From assembly GCA_963714275.1 (NCBI GenBank), contig CAVQNT010000004.1, forward strand, positions 1 through 64,000: 64,000 bases of DNA, read 5' to 3'. Both the position numbers and the translations under genes were made by a program. The notes below the pieces were generated by a model, which worked only from the letters and a program-made list of their open reading frames with translations, searched no databases and had not been told where the DNA came from. The stretch comes from Candidatus Bathyarchaeota archaeon. GTDB lineage: Archaea; Thermoproteota; Bathyarchaeia; Bathyarchaeales; DTEX01. Numbering within the stretch: the first letter of the stretch is position 1; each line of letters starts with the position of its first letter. Shown one piece after another: positions 42,902 through 54,627 of the stretch.

Positions 42902-45058
42902 TTGAAGCATTCCAGAAGCGAAAAGCGCCTTTACTTGGATTCCTCACAGCCAATTAAGAAAAGAGTTGAGGAATTGCTTGCCCGAATGACACTTGAAGAA
43001 AAGGTTGGGCAGACGTGCCAGTATTCTGGGTTTCAAAAGGAGCATGAAGTCCTCGTTAAGCAAGGCCAAGTCGGCTCGTTCCTCAACGTGATGGGCACAG
43101 AAAACGCGAACAAGGTTCAGAAAATCGCGGTTGAACAATCCAGATTGGGAATCCCCCTGATCTTTGGCCTTGATGTGGTGCACGGGTACAAGACAATCTT
43201 CCCTATTCCGCTGGCAATTGCGAGCATGTGGGATCCTGAATTAGCCAAAAAGGCAGCCTCGGTTGCTGCTACTGAAGCGTCTTCTGAAGGCATCCGCTGG
43301 ACCTTTGCGCCGATGGTTGACGTTGCCCGTGACCCGAGGTGGGGGAGAATCGCGGAGGGAAACGGCGAAGACCCGTATCTAGGTTCAGCGATGGCGAGGG
43401 CTTATGTGGAAGGGTTTCAGGGCGAAAATCTTTCTAGTCCGAGTTCTGTTGTTGCCTGCCCGAAGCATTATGTGGCTTACGGTGTAGCAGAGGGCGGAAG
43501 AGACTACAACACCGTGGAAGTTTCTGAGAGGACTCTGAGGGACGTTTATTTGCCGCCTTTCAAGTCCGCGGTTAACGCTGGGGCTGGAACGCTGATGAGC
43601 GCATTCAACGACCTGAACGGCGTTCCCGCTTCTGGCAACAGGTTCACTCTCACGACTGTTCTGCGGGAAGAGTGGGGATTCGAAGGGTTCGTTGTCAGCG
43701 ACTGGAACTCCATAACTGAGCTCATCAACCATGGAACAGCTGCTAACGCAGCTGAAGCAGCAAAAGAAGCGGTTGAAGCTGGCGTGGACATGGCAGGCAA
43801 CGTTTACCAGACATACCTTGCGCAGCTGGTTAAAGAAGGAAGGGTTTCAGAAGAATGTTTAAACACAAGCTGTCAGACGCATCTTAAGAATCAAGTTTAA
43901 GCTGGGGCTTTTCGAGCGTCCCTACGTTGATCCTGAACAGGCGGGTAAAATCATTAAACGTAAAGAAAACATTGAAGTCGCTTTGGATGCAGCCCGAAAG
44001 TCGATTGTGCTTCTGAAAAATGAAGGCAACATCCTTCCACTAAAAAAGAACATAAAGTCTTTAGTCTGTCGTAGGTCCGTTGGCTGACAATCAGGCTGAC
44101 TTGCTCGGTTGCTGGGCGTACACGGGAGACCCAAAAGACACGGTCACCGTCCTCGAAGGCGTCAAAGGCAAGGTGTCGTCTAAAACCAAGATTTTGTTTA
44201 CGAAGGGATGCGAAATTGAAGGAACCTCGAAACAAGGCTTTGAGGACACCGCGGACAAAGTGAAGCTGCAGAGGTGGTTATCGTGGTTGTGGGCGAAGGC
44301 AGAGACATGAGCGGCGAAGCATCCAGCCGTTCCACGTTGGACTTGCCTGGGGTTCAAGAGGAGCTGAGTTAAGAAAATTTATGAAACAGGTGTGCCTGTG
44401 ATCATGGTTTTAATGAACGGGAGACCGCTGTCGATTTCTTGGTCCGCTGAACATGTGCCCGCAATTCTGGAGGCTTGGCACCCCGGAATTCAAGGAGGTA
44501 AAGTCTGTTGCTGACATCTTGTTCGGCGATTTTAATCCCGGTGGCAGGTTACCTGCGACGTTTCCGCGCACGGTTGGGCAGGTGCCCATCTACTACAACT
44601 TCAAGAGCACTGGTAGACCTTCGTCTGCCGAAAGGTGGTCCACAAAATACATCGATTTGCCTTACACTCCGCTGTTTCCGTTTGGGCACGGGCTGAGCTA
44701 CACACTATTCGAATACAGCAACCTCAGGACAACGCCTGAAACGATTAAGCCAGACGGAAAAATCAAGGTATTCGTTGATGTCCAGAACGTTGGCGACTGA
44801 GAAGGCGACGAAGTTGTCCAACTATACATCCGCGACGTCGTCGGTAGCGTAACCAGACCAGTAAAAGAACTCAAAGGATTCAAGAGGATAACCCTAGAAC
44901 CAAAGGAAAAACGAACAATGGAGTTCACACTCGGTCCCGAAGAACTGTCCTTCACAAACAAAGAAATGAAACGTGCAGTAGAACCTGGAACCTTCAATGT
45001 CATGATAGGTAAATCATCAGAGGACATACAATTAACAGGAAGTTTCGAGGTAAAATAG
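42902..45058 (+). CDS. GH3 beta-glucosidase (BglX-like); several frameshifts and an in-frame TGA at 44798
   Basis: DVVHG, RDPRWGR..EG.GED, KHY, VVSDW nucleophile, FPFGHGLSYT, EVVQLY. Confidence 0.9.
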
Positions 45059-45411
45059 CATAAAAATGACTAGCTAGCTAATAGATAAGATAACAAGAGG
45101 ATAAAATACAAATGTAGCTCTTAATGTGATGGAGGCTACCCCTCCGAGTCCTCCCAAACCAATAAGACCTAATCCTTCATCTTTGCTTCTCTTGGCTTTT
45201 AATTGTAGATAGTTGCTTTGGTGTTTTAAAACTCTCATAAATGTAAAATAAATCAATATTTTTTTTATGCTTTTATAATAACTTTTTGCGAACAAACTTC
45301 TGAATAAGACTTTTATTTTTTAAGCGCCCAGCCTTCAGGCGATGATAATTTTTTTTCTTTTTTAGAAAAAATATAATAGTTTATTGGTCGTACTAAGATT
45401 CGTGATTGGGT

Positions 45412-47771
45412 ATGGATTATGGGCACTTCTCGCGTGACGGCAAGGAGTACGTAATTACTAGGCCTGATACGCCTACGCCGTGGATTAACTATTTGGGCGA
45501 CAGCGAGTACTGCGCCATGATTTCGAACACTGCTGGAGGGTACAGCTTCCACCTTGACCCGAGGGAAAGAAGAGTCCTCAGGTACAGGTACAATAACCTG
45601 CCCATGGACAGGCCCGGAAGGTACCTCTACATCAGAGATAACGGGACAGGCGAATACTGGTCCCCAACGTGGCAGCCCACAGCCAAGGAGTTGAGCGCGT
45701 ATGAGTGCAGACACGGGTTGGGATATACCGTAATCTCCTCTACTTATCAAGGCATGGTGGCGGAAGTCACGTATTTCGTGCCTTTGGGCGAGAACCTCGA
45801 AATCTGGATGCTGACCCTTAAAAACACTTCCCACAAAGGCAGGGAGCTGACCGTTTTTTCGTACACCGAGTTCTGCCTATGGCAGGCCACGGGTGACCAG
45901 ACCGACCTCCAATACCGTCAGGGCTTGGCTGAGGCTAAGCTTGAGGACGGTATAATCTTCTACAACCTCCATGATCTCAGCACGGGATACGCCTATTTCG
46001 CCTCAAACGGTCGGGTCACAGGATACGACTGCAACAGAGAAAAGTTCATCGGACGCTACCGGGGCGAATCTAACCCAGTTGCCGTCGAAAGAGGGCAATG
46101 CTTCAACTCCGAAGCGAAAGGCGGAAACCCCGTAGACTGTCACCAGCAACTCGGTTAAGCTCGGTCTCGGAGAAACAGAAACAATCATCTTCGTCTTAGG
46201 CGTAGCGAAGGAAAAGCCCGAAGCCAAAAAGTGTGTGCAAAGATTCGGGCAAAAAGCCACCGTGGACGCTGAGCTCCCGGAAGCTGAAGAAGCATTGGAG
46301 CAACTATCTGGGCAGGCTTCGTCGCGGATACTCCAGACGCCGAGTTCAATCTCACAGTCAACATCTGGAACCCGTACCAGTGCAGGACAACCTTCGACTG
46401 GTCAAGGTACGTGTCACTGTACGAAACAGGCATTGGGCGAGGAATGGGGTTCCGAGACAGCAACCAAGACACTCTGGGCGTGGTTCACGCCTTCCCCCAA
46501 AGGGTGCGGCAACGAATCCTGGATCTCGCTAAGAACCAGTTTGAAAGCGGCAAAGCCTACCACATTTACTATCCTATCACAGGCGAAGGCGGCTACCCCG
46601 ACTATGCGAAGCCGCAGATGCAGTTCTTCAGCGACGACCACCTCTGGCTGATTCTGGCTGTATGCGAGTACATCAAGGAAACGGGGGACATGACCGTTCT
46701 GGACGAGAGAGCCAAGTTCGTGGAGGGCTCAACCGCAAGCCTTTACGAGCACCTGAAACGGTCAATAAAGTTCACCCTCGACAACATGGGCAACCACGGT
46801 CTGCCTCTGCTGGGAACAGCTCGACTGGAACGACCCGCTCAACATTCCTGGACCAAACAACGCGGCTGAAAGCGTGTGGGTCGCAATGTTCCTCTACAAA
46901 GCCCTCCTCGAACTGACGGAGCTCTGCAAGGAATACCGCCAAGACAAAGACGCACAAAAGTTTGCAGCCCTAGCTGACAAGACCAAAGCTCACTTAAACG
47001 AAATAGCGTGGGACGGAGAGTGGTACATCCGAGCATTTTCTGACTCAGGTGGACTCGTAGGCAGCTCCACAATGCAAAGAGGGAAAGATTTTCCTTAACA
47101 CGCAGTCCTGGGCAGTTTTCAGCCAAATAGCGCCAAAGGAGAGGGCAGTTCGATGCATGAACTCGGTGAAGAAGCACTTGGACACCGAGTACGGGATAAA
47201 GTCTTCGGCTCCCGCCTACACGAAATACACTCCTGAAATAGGCTCAATAACGTCTTACATTCCTGGACTGAAAGAAAACGCGTCAATTTGGTGCCACGCC
47301 AACGCTTGGGCGATCTTGGCGGAGTGCATACTCGGGCGAGGAGACCAAGCCTACGAGTACTTCATGAAGCTTGCGCCCCCAACCACGAACAAGAGGGCTG
47401 AGATTCACGGAGCCGAACCGTACGTGTATTCCCAAACAATCGCTGGGAAAGACCACCCCGATTTCGGCTGGGCGCGGCAGTCATGGCTCACGGGAACCGC
47501 GGCGTGGATGATGAAGGTAGCCACAAACTGGATTCTTGGCATCCGACCCCAATATCACGGATTGTTAGTGGACCCATGTGTCCCGAAAACATGGGAAAAG
47601 TTCGAGGTTACCCGAAGCTTCAGGAACTCTGTCTATGTCATAAAAGTCGAAAACCCCGACCACGTGTCCAAGGGAATAAAGTCCGTGACTATAGATGACA
47701 AGCCTCTCAGGACCAACCTCTTGCCGGTCTTGTCTGATGGGAAGAAGCACGTAGTGAAGGTTACGATGTGA
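45412..47771 (+). CDS. GH94 glycoside phosphorylase (cellobiose/chitobiose phosphorylase-like); several frameshifts
   Basis: EYVITRPDTPTPWINYLG, GFRDSNQD, SDDHLW, (A)DWND, WDGEWY.RA, KENA..CH, SWLTGTA. Confidence 0.9.
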
Positions 47772-47874
47772 TAACACAACCTGGAACCACACATGAATGA
47801 GATTAGCTGAGTCAGCTCGAAAAGCTTCGTCCGAATGAAATGTGTGTGGTTTGTATTACTCAGCAGATATTGCT

Positions 47875-48144
47875 TTAGAGTCTCTTCTGTCCGCTTCTTT
47901 TGATCCAATAGATGATTGCACAGAAATAGAATGTGTTGACGCCGTTGAAAATGAAGGTCATCCACGACCCAAGCAACACTCCGACAATAACAAAAAGGAA
48001 AGCCGCCATCGTGTATAATGAAAAAGTTAACGCAGATAAATCCTTCAAGGTTTTTCTGTTCTTTATTGTCTTAACAAGTTGCGGAAACCCGCCAAAGAAA
48101 AAAAGGCAGTTACCAACATCAAGAAGTATAGTTATTTCATCCAT
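47875..48144 (-). CDS. PQ-loop/SemiSWEET-like small transporter
   Basis: 89 aa, 3 TMs, FPQLVKTIK...DLS. Confidence 0.75.
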   Translation of the reverse strand: MDEITILLDVGNCLFFFGGFPQLVKTIKNRKTLKDLSALTFSLYTMAAFLFVIVGVLLGSWMTFIFNGVNTFYFCAIIYWIKRSGQKRL

Positions 48145-48717
48145 TTTATTGCTCTCTCCACATTATTCTTTGATAATACCACTCACATTTGAAATTGTTT
48201 GCCATAATCGCATAAAAAGTAAGGTCACACATCGTAATCACAGAATGTTATCACTAGCTGTTTCATTCAACGGACTCAGTGGATATTCGCTGCATCCACG
48301 CATTGTAACTACCAGCTTCAACATGAAGGAAAGCTGACTAAAGTACTGACATAGTTTCCCTGCATAATGTTTTTCGAAACATACTGCCAGGTGACGGTCC
48401 TGACATTCAAGTTGAGGGCTCAAAAATATATTGGAGTTTTTCAGGCAGCGAATGTCCATGCCCGATAGGTGGTATTATTAGGAATTCAATTGTATGCCTT
48501 TGTGGAATTGGGCACATTAAAGGCATATTGGAACCTCTGCTAGGGAAGAAATTGACCAATAAGATTGAGCAGTCACGTTTGAAGGAGACAGCAAATACGC
48601 ATTCACTATTCGCATTTCCAAGATAAAATGAAGGAAAGAACAAAAAACTTAAAGACGCACAAACAATAAGTTTTTATATAATGTGATAATAAATATGGCG
48701 CTAAAGAGGTGTAAAAA

Positions 48718-49062
48718 ATGATAGGAGCAGTAATCTTTGTTATTTTCTTTCTAGCATTTCTGGGTATTTCTCTTGGTATATCATTACCTCCCGGGAACAT
48801 GATCTTTGATATTCTAAAAATTCCTATGACAGACTATCCAGTACTTGGAATTCCTGCTAACACATTAATTCCTGCTATAGTAAACGGCGTAGTCTACGGT
48901 TTCATAATATGGCTGATCTTCTCTGTGGTATCTGCAGTTACTGGCAGAAATAAGAAGAAAGGCGAAACTATTTCACAATCCGTCACTGTTCATGTTGGAG
49001 ACAAAGAGAAAGAGCCACTGCCAGAGAAAAAGGAACCTGTTGAATCTAAAGAAACTAAATAA
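48718..49062 (+). CDS. Hypothetical membrane protein
   Basis: Two TMs plus a charged tail; GAGGTG RBS. Confidence 0.65.
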   Translation: MIGAVIFVIFFLAFLGISLGISLPPGNMIFDILKIPMTDYPVLGIPANTLIPAIVNGVVYGFIIWLIFSVVSAVTGRNKKKGETISQSVTVHVGDKEKEPLPEKKEPVESKETK

Positions 49063-49344
49063 CTCCCCGTATAAAACCGTATAAAACAATATCTTCTTTT
49101 TTTACTTAATAAAAAATGGGGAATCATTAACCTTGTTATAATGGATGTTGCCTGCTTTCGATCAAGCAATAACCGCTATTGTCAAGGAAGCTATTCAGAT
49201 AAATTGCAACATAAATCACGTAGTTTTCATTTTAATTCAATACAGCTAATCAAGCTTGTTTCGTGTTATGTTCTCTCTTGCATGCGTGCGAGTAATGAGA
49301 GTATTAGGAAAAGAGAGAATTAGGAAGAAGAGAAAAAGTGAATG

Positions 49345-50424
49345 TTAGCGGACTATATTTTTTCTCAGAATTTCGAGCATCTGCCTGTCCAAGCGGTCTC
49401 CGTTCTGCAGGTTTTCGCTGTGGAATTCTTCCCGCCCAGTGTTTATTATGCCGAAGGACCCGCGGAAATTCCATTGCGCCCATCCAACCTTGTTCTCTTT
49501 CATAATTCCGAGGACATCTTTAAACCAGTTAAGCTGCGTCTGCCTCGGAACCTTATAGACGTATATACCGAGTTCGCCGCAGTGGATGAGCGAACCTGTT
49601 TCTTTTCTAAACTCGAACCAGGGCTTCATCCAGTTTTCCAGCCATTTTTTGTCGACGAACACTCCTTTCCACCTTTGAAAGTCACGCCTAGACGGTGAAT
49701 CAGGTGGCAATTTTTCTATGTATTTGTCCAAGTTTGGGGCTTCACATGGATATTTTGGCTGTTCATCGTAGTTTCCCCAAACACCCGCCCAACTAGCCAT
49801 AATGTGCGTGATCCAATGAGGCTCATAGACGTGGAAGCTTTGTCCGAAAAGAGGGTTGTTAATTTCAGTTACGGGTTTATAATGTCCTTCAGGCACGATT
49901 AAACCGTCAGCGATGACGAGTCTTTTCTTGTCTTCTTCCCATATGCCTTCAAGCATTCTCTCGACAAACTTTTTGTAGACGGGCATTGTTGTGCCGTACG
50001 GTTCATTGACAAGGTTGAAGCTCACAACCTTATTCGATAATCCCTTGTAGCGCTTGGCAAAAAGCCTCCAGTGGAACTCGCAAGCAGCTTGAGACTCCTC
50101 GTCCCTCCAGAGATTAAATGGTTCCTTGGCACTCTGGTTCACAGTGAATCCTGGCGCCCTGTGAAAACAGAGGTTCAGGTGGATTCCATACTTCTTACCG
50201 AGTGCGACTGCGTCGTCGATCTCAACCAGAACCTTCTCGTTAACTTTGTAGGGATCCTCATTCAATATCCAACAATGATAGTCCATTGGCAAACGGAAAA
50301 AGTTGAATCCCCATTCAGCGGCACGCTTAAAGTCGACTTCATCAAACGGATCATTCCTATAAAATTTCTCCAGAAGGTTGAAACCGCACCAAATCGGCAA
50401 CGATTCTACCATAATCCTTATCAA
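49345..50424 (-). CDS. GH5 (cellulase family) glycoside hydrolase, no signal peptide
   Basis: GFN.FRLP, LVNEP acid/base, HVY, CGELG nucleophile. Confidence 0.88.
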   Translation of the reverse strand: MIRIMVESLPIWCGFNLLEKFYRNDPFDEVDFKRAAEWGFNFFRLPMDYHCWILNEDPYKVNEKVLVEIDDAVALGKKYGIHLNLCFHRAPGFTVNQSAKEPFNLWRDEESQAACEFHWRLFAKRYKGLSNKVVSFNLVNEPYGTTMPVYKKFVERMLEGIWEEDKKRLVIADGLIVPEGHYKPVTEINNPLFGQSFHVYEPHWITHIMASWAGVWGNYDEQPKYPCEAPNLDKYIEKLPPDSPSRRDFQRWKGVFVDKKWLENWMKPWFEFRKETGSLIHCGELGIYVYKVPRQTQLNWFKDVLGIMKENKVGWAQWNFRGSFGIINTGREEFHSENLQNGDRLDRQMLEILRKNIVR

Positions 50425-50534
50425 AACACCTTATATTTTAACTAACTTTAAAAATCTTTATAATTGATGCAACCAGAAACATGGTCTAAATGGCAGCACA
50501 GACATTGGTGGAAAAATTAAAGCAACAAGTGATA

Positions 50535-51023
50535 TTAGCACATTTTCTGCATTATGTGTACGTCTAATAGTTTTCCGAATTTGCGTCCAACCTCTCTCGT
50601 GGTTCCGACATGTTCGAACCCGAAAGCCTCGTGTAGGCGAACGCTTACCTCGTTAGACTCAGCAATGCGAGCGAGGACTGTGTGTAAGCCTTTCTTCTGG
50701 CCTTGGTCGAGGATTTCCTGCATGAGTTTTTTACCTGTTCCTTTTCCTCTATGTTCCTCTTTCACGTAGACGGAGATTTCAGCAGTGTCCGAGTATGCGC
50801 ACCTGTCTGACCATTTGCTTAGTGACGCCCAGCCAACAACAGCGTTGCCCTGTTCCGCGACCAAAATGGGATGCCTGGAATCGTGGCTTTCAAACCAAGG
50901 CTTCTGCTCCTCAACCGTCTTAGGCTCGGCGTCAAACGTAGCCACGGTCTTCAGTATAGCCTCGTTGTAGATTTCGGTTATTGCAGCCAAATCCTTCATT
51001 GCTGCTTTTCTAATCGTTAACAT
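50535..51023 (-). CDS. GNAT N-acetyltransferase (Pat/YncA-like)
   Basis: EISVYV...RGKGTGK, N..S..LHE.FGF, VG.KFG. Confidence 0.9.
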   Translation of the reverse strand: MLTIRKAAMKDLAAITEIYNEAILKTVATFDAEPKTVEEQKPWFESHDSRHPILVAEQGNAVVGWASLSKWSDRCAYSDTAEISVYVKEEHRGKGTGKKLMQEILDQGQKKGLHTVLARIAESNEVSVRLHEAFGFEHVGTTREVGRKFGKLLDVHIMQKMC

Positions 51024-51216
51024 GCAACTGCCTCGGAAATCACGGATTAAGTCCCATTACAGCTAAGGCTACGTTAAGCCCTTTCCCTTTTTCGGAAAAC
51101 CTGATTTGAGGGTCTGTCCGTCGTGAGTTCCTCATCTTAACTTCAGGCTTTTTCGGGCACGTCATCCCCTCAACGAAACAAACGTGCATTAAACATAAAA
51201 ACATTCCACAAATAAC

Positions 51217-51430
51217 CAAAAAACAGACAAACATTTACAGAGTATAGTTTGCGCCCCAAAATTGCAAAGCGGATGTGCCACAAAACAGACAGGTCGAAGA
51301 CAGCACTGTTTGTTACACAAAATTGAAAACCCGATGTTACACAAATCAGACTGGTCTTAGGCAATGCTGTGTGTTGTTCAAAATGCTTTTTCGGTTGTTG
51401 AATAAATCAGATCAGTCGGGAAATGCAATG
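51217..51430 (+). repeat. Degenerate tandem repeat, about 3.5 units of 61-62 bp
   Basis: Units start at 51217, 51279, 51340 and 51401; units 2 and 3 match at 39/61 by hand; conserved AAA(A/T)CAGA and CAAAAT blocks. Confidence 0.7.
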
Positions 51431-51579
51431 AATCAGTATTCTTTTGACAGCTGCTGTGTTGATTCACTAACTTACACTCTGTCAATGACGGACAAACAAG
51501 ATATCTGAAGCATTTGCCATGACACAATAATTAAGGTCATTTATGGAAAATCTTTAAAAGGCAATGTTTACTATGAAAG

Positions 51580-52246
51580 ATGTATTCGAGGGAAAAAACG
51601 TTGAGTCCAAAAAAGAAAGCTCCAAAAACCGAACAAAAACCACAGAACTCAGTTGTCATGAAAATTGGTTCAATAAAATTCCCAGTTGGCGAAGCATTCC
51701 GTTTCGCTCTGGAAAGCATTAGGAAACGGTTCACTCGAGCCCTCATCACGGCGTTCTCTGTGCTGTTAGGCATCGCCTTTATGGTCACAATATTGACGAT
51801 GGGCACAATTCTACCAAGCGTGGGACAGATACCTCCCGCACAATACCAAACATGGATGGTCATCATCGCCCTCCTCGTGTGCGGCGTCGGAATCGTGAAC
51901 TCGATGCTGATGTCCGTCACAGAAAGATACAAGGAAATCGGAACAATGAAGTGCCTAGGCGCAACAGACATGAACGTCCTCCAAATTTTCCTGATCGAAG
52001 CGTTGCTGCTTGGAGTATTAGGCGGCGTACTCGGATCATGCGCAGGTTGGATAGCTCACAATCGTAATATTCGGAATCCAGTTCTCATTCCCCGCAGTCT
52101 TAGCAGGAGTCAACCTCCTCCCCTACGTCACATACATAGGCGAAGGCATAGCAATAGCCTCGCTACTCAGCGTAGCTGCAGCAGCCTATCCCGCAGTGTA
52201 CGCTGCAAGACTTAATCCAGCAGAAGCATTAAGATACGAAATATAG
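51580..52246 (+). CDS. FtsX/MacB-type ABC permease, minimal (frameshift near 52057)
   Basis: GIVNSMLMSVTERYKEIGTMKCLGA, ends PA..AARLNPAEALRYEI*. Confidence 0.85.
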
Positions 52247-52330
52247 AAAACTGGAGCGACAACAAAAGTCACTCATCGCTCTTCAAACTTTTTGTATCAA
52301 GAAAAAATAATGAATTTTTTTCAGCCTTTT

Positions 52331-53057
52331 CTATTCAGCTGCTCTCACATAAACTTCTGCTCTAGTCTCGTATCGGTCGACAAGCCCGTCGCGGAGATAC
52401 ATAATTCGGTCGCTGACATCAATCATCTTCAAGTCGTGAGTAGCAGCAATAATGGTAACACCCTTCTCTTTATTCATCTCCCTCAGCAAAGTAATGATTT
52501 CAAGCCCAGTGTGAAGGTCAAGGTTCCCCGTAGGCTCATCAGCAAGTACGATAACAGGATTGTTAGCCAAAGCCCGCGCAATAGCCACACGCTGCTGCTG
52601 ACCACCACTTAGCTCCGCAGGTTTATGAGACATCCTTTCTCCAAGCCCAACGGAGTCAAGGATCTCACGTCCTCTCCTCATCCTCTCGTCGCTGTCTACA
52701 CCAGCGAATATCATTGGTAACGTAACGTTTTCCATTGCTGTTAGAACAGGAATTAGATTGAAGGTTTGAAAGATGTAACCAATCTTTCGGCATCTTAGCC
52801 ACGCTAGTTCGTATGCGTCGAGCTTTGCGATGTCAACTCCATCTATGAAGACTCTTCCACGCGTAGGTCTGTCGATTCCGCCCACCATGTTGAAAAGGGT
52901 TGTCTTGCCAGAACCTGAAGGACCCATGATTGAAATGTATTCGCCCCGTTTGATTCTGATGTTGACGCCGTCAAGCGCCTTAACCGTCACCTGACCCATT
53001 TGGTAATATTTCGCGAGGTCCTCAGTTTCGACAACATACTCGAAGCTGATAAGCCAT
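52331..53057 (-). CDS. LolD/MacB-type ABC ATP-binding protein (probable frameshift near the start)
   Basis: GPSGSGKT, LSGGQQQR, LADEPTGNLD. Confidence 0.9.
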
Positions 53058-53320
53058 TCCTCCGATTAAATATGGAGTAATAGCCAAAAACTACCTTATA
53101 AAACTACTCTTAAAAACCCCATTGGATTCAGACGCCAACAGGTTTACAAAAAAAGCATTATTCATGGCAATTTTAAAAATTTTTGAAAAACTAAAAGATT
53201 AAACTGCTATATCGCACTCCTTTTTTAGAGAAACGCTTTTTCCGTAATTCATGCTTACGAAAAGCCTTTATTTTATTAAGTCGCTCAGAATAAACAATCC
53301 TAAATTGGGTGTGTTTGACT

Positions 53321-54553
53321 TTGAAAAGAGTTACAATAGGAATCATTGGGTCAGGCGGCATCTTTCAAGGCGCCCACCTCCCCGCTTACCCCGAAATCTA
53401 CGAGGCGCATCTTGTAAGCTTATGCGACGTTTCAAAAGACGTGCTGATAGTCTGCAGAAAGGAGAACCAAGAGCCTTTACCAGGAAAAAGCCCAGAAAGC
53501 TGAAGAAAGAGGAGACCACGAACAGGCTGAACAGCTAAGAGAGGACGCTGAAAGCTTAAAGACGTATTCTAACGTTTCCGAGATGCTTTCGAAGGAAGAA
53601 CCTGATCTGGTCGATGTCTGCACGCCCACAAAATTCCACAGCTCAACAGCCATAGAAGCCCTGAGCCGAGGAATCAACGTAATGTGTGAAAAGCCCATGG
53701 CACGGACATATCTGGAATGCCTAGACGTCGTCGAAGCGGTGGAAAACAGCGGAAAACTTTATCAACACAACGAGAACTGGCTTTACGATCCATTCTGGTA
53801 CAACGCCAATAAACAAATTGAGAGCGGAGCAATAGGCGAACTTCAACTCGTCTTCTTAGCCACAGCTCATGGCGGACCAGAATGGGCTTCATGGTTCTGG
53901 AACCCAGACATAGCAGGTGGCGGGGCGCTGTTGGACAACGGTGTTCACGCAATAACCACGTCTTGGTTCCTGAACGGTTTCGACAAAAAACCAACTATGG
54001 TGAAAGCTGCTGAACCCTATGGCATCTGCATAAGAATGAAGACCAGAATCCTGCAAGGCATGTTCAAACCTTTCGAGGTTGAGGACGACGCTCACGTCCT
54101 TATACGGTTCGAGGACGATGCGGGAAAGTGGTCAACGGCGCACGTTGAAGGCTCATGGTCCTACAGGGATTCCACGGACACATCAATCATCGGAACCAAC
54201 GGAGCAATAAAACCAGCCTACAAAGAGGGCGACACGATTCTGGAGATAACAGACGCCTTTGGGGGAAAAAGAGAATTCAACCAAGGCAAGGTTACATGGA
54301 CCCGAAGCTCGCTGGAGAAATTAGGAACATGTGCAACTGCGTACTGAACGACGTCAAGTCCGTGTGCGACGAGAAGGTCGGAACAGAAACCACAGCGATT
54401 GTCGAGTCAGCCTACCTGTCCCAGAAAAAGGGCAAAAAGCCTGTTACACTTGACGAATTCAAGAAATACGCACTCAGAATTAAGGACAAGGAAGGAAGGA
54501 ACGCCACTGAAGCGTTGATGAAAGACCTGTTGAAGGGAATAGTAAGAATCTAA
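53321..54553 (+). CDS. Gfo/Idh/MocA oxidoreductase (two frameshifts)
   Basis: GIIGSGGI, CEKPM, GGGALLDNGVH. Confidence 0.85.
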
Positions 54554-54627
54554 AACAATCTCGCTTGGTTACGAATGACTCTTGAACCAACAATTTTTTT
54601 TCTGTTGTAAGAACTATATAGTGTAAA

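Noticed and set aside
45074-45295. ORF with GLIGLGGLG, a possible dehydrogenase remnant
   Set aside because: Too short and low in complexity to support a call.
36550-47771. Mass pseudogenisation or genome decay
   Set aside because: Essential argS and rpl3 are hit by single-base indels while their sequence is otherwise conserved, which indicates sequencing error.
48150-48700. Overlapping short minus-strand ORFs
   Set aside because: No recognisable motifs; probably intergenic or heavily decayed sequence.
51217-51430. CRISPR array
   Set aside because: No identical 24-40 bp repeat with unique spacers, and no cas genes in the window.
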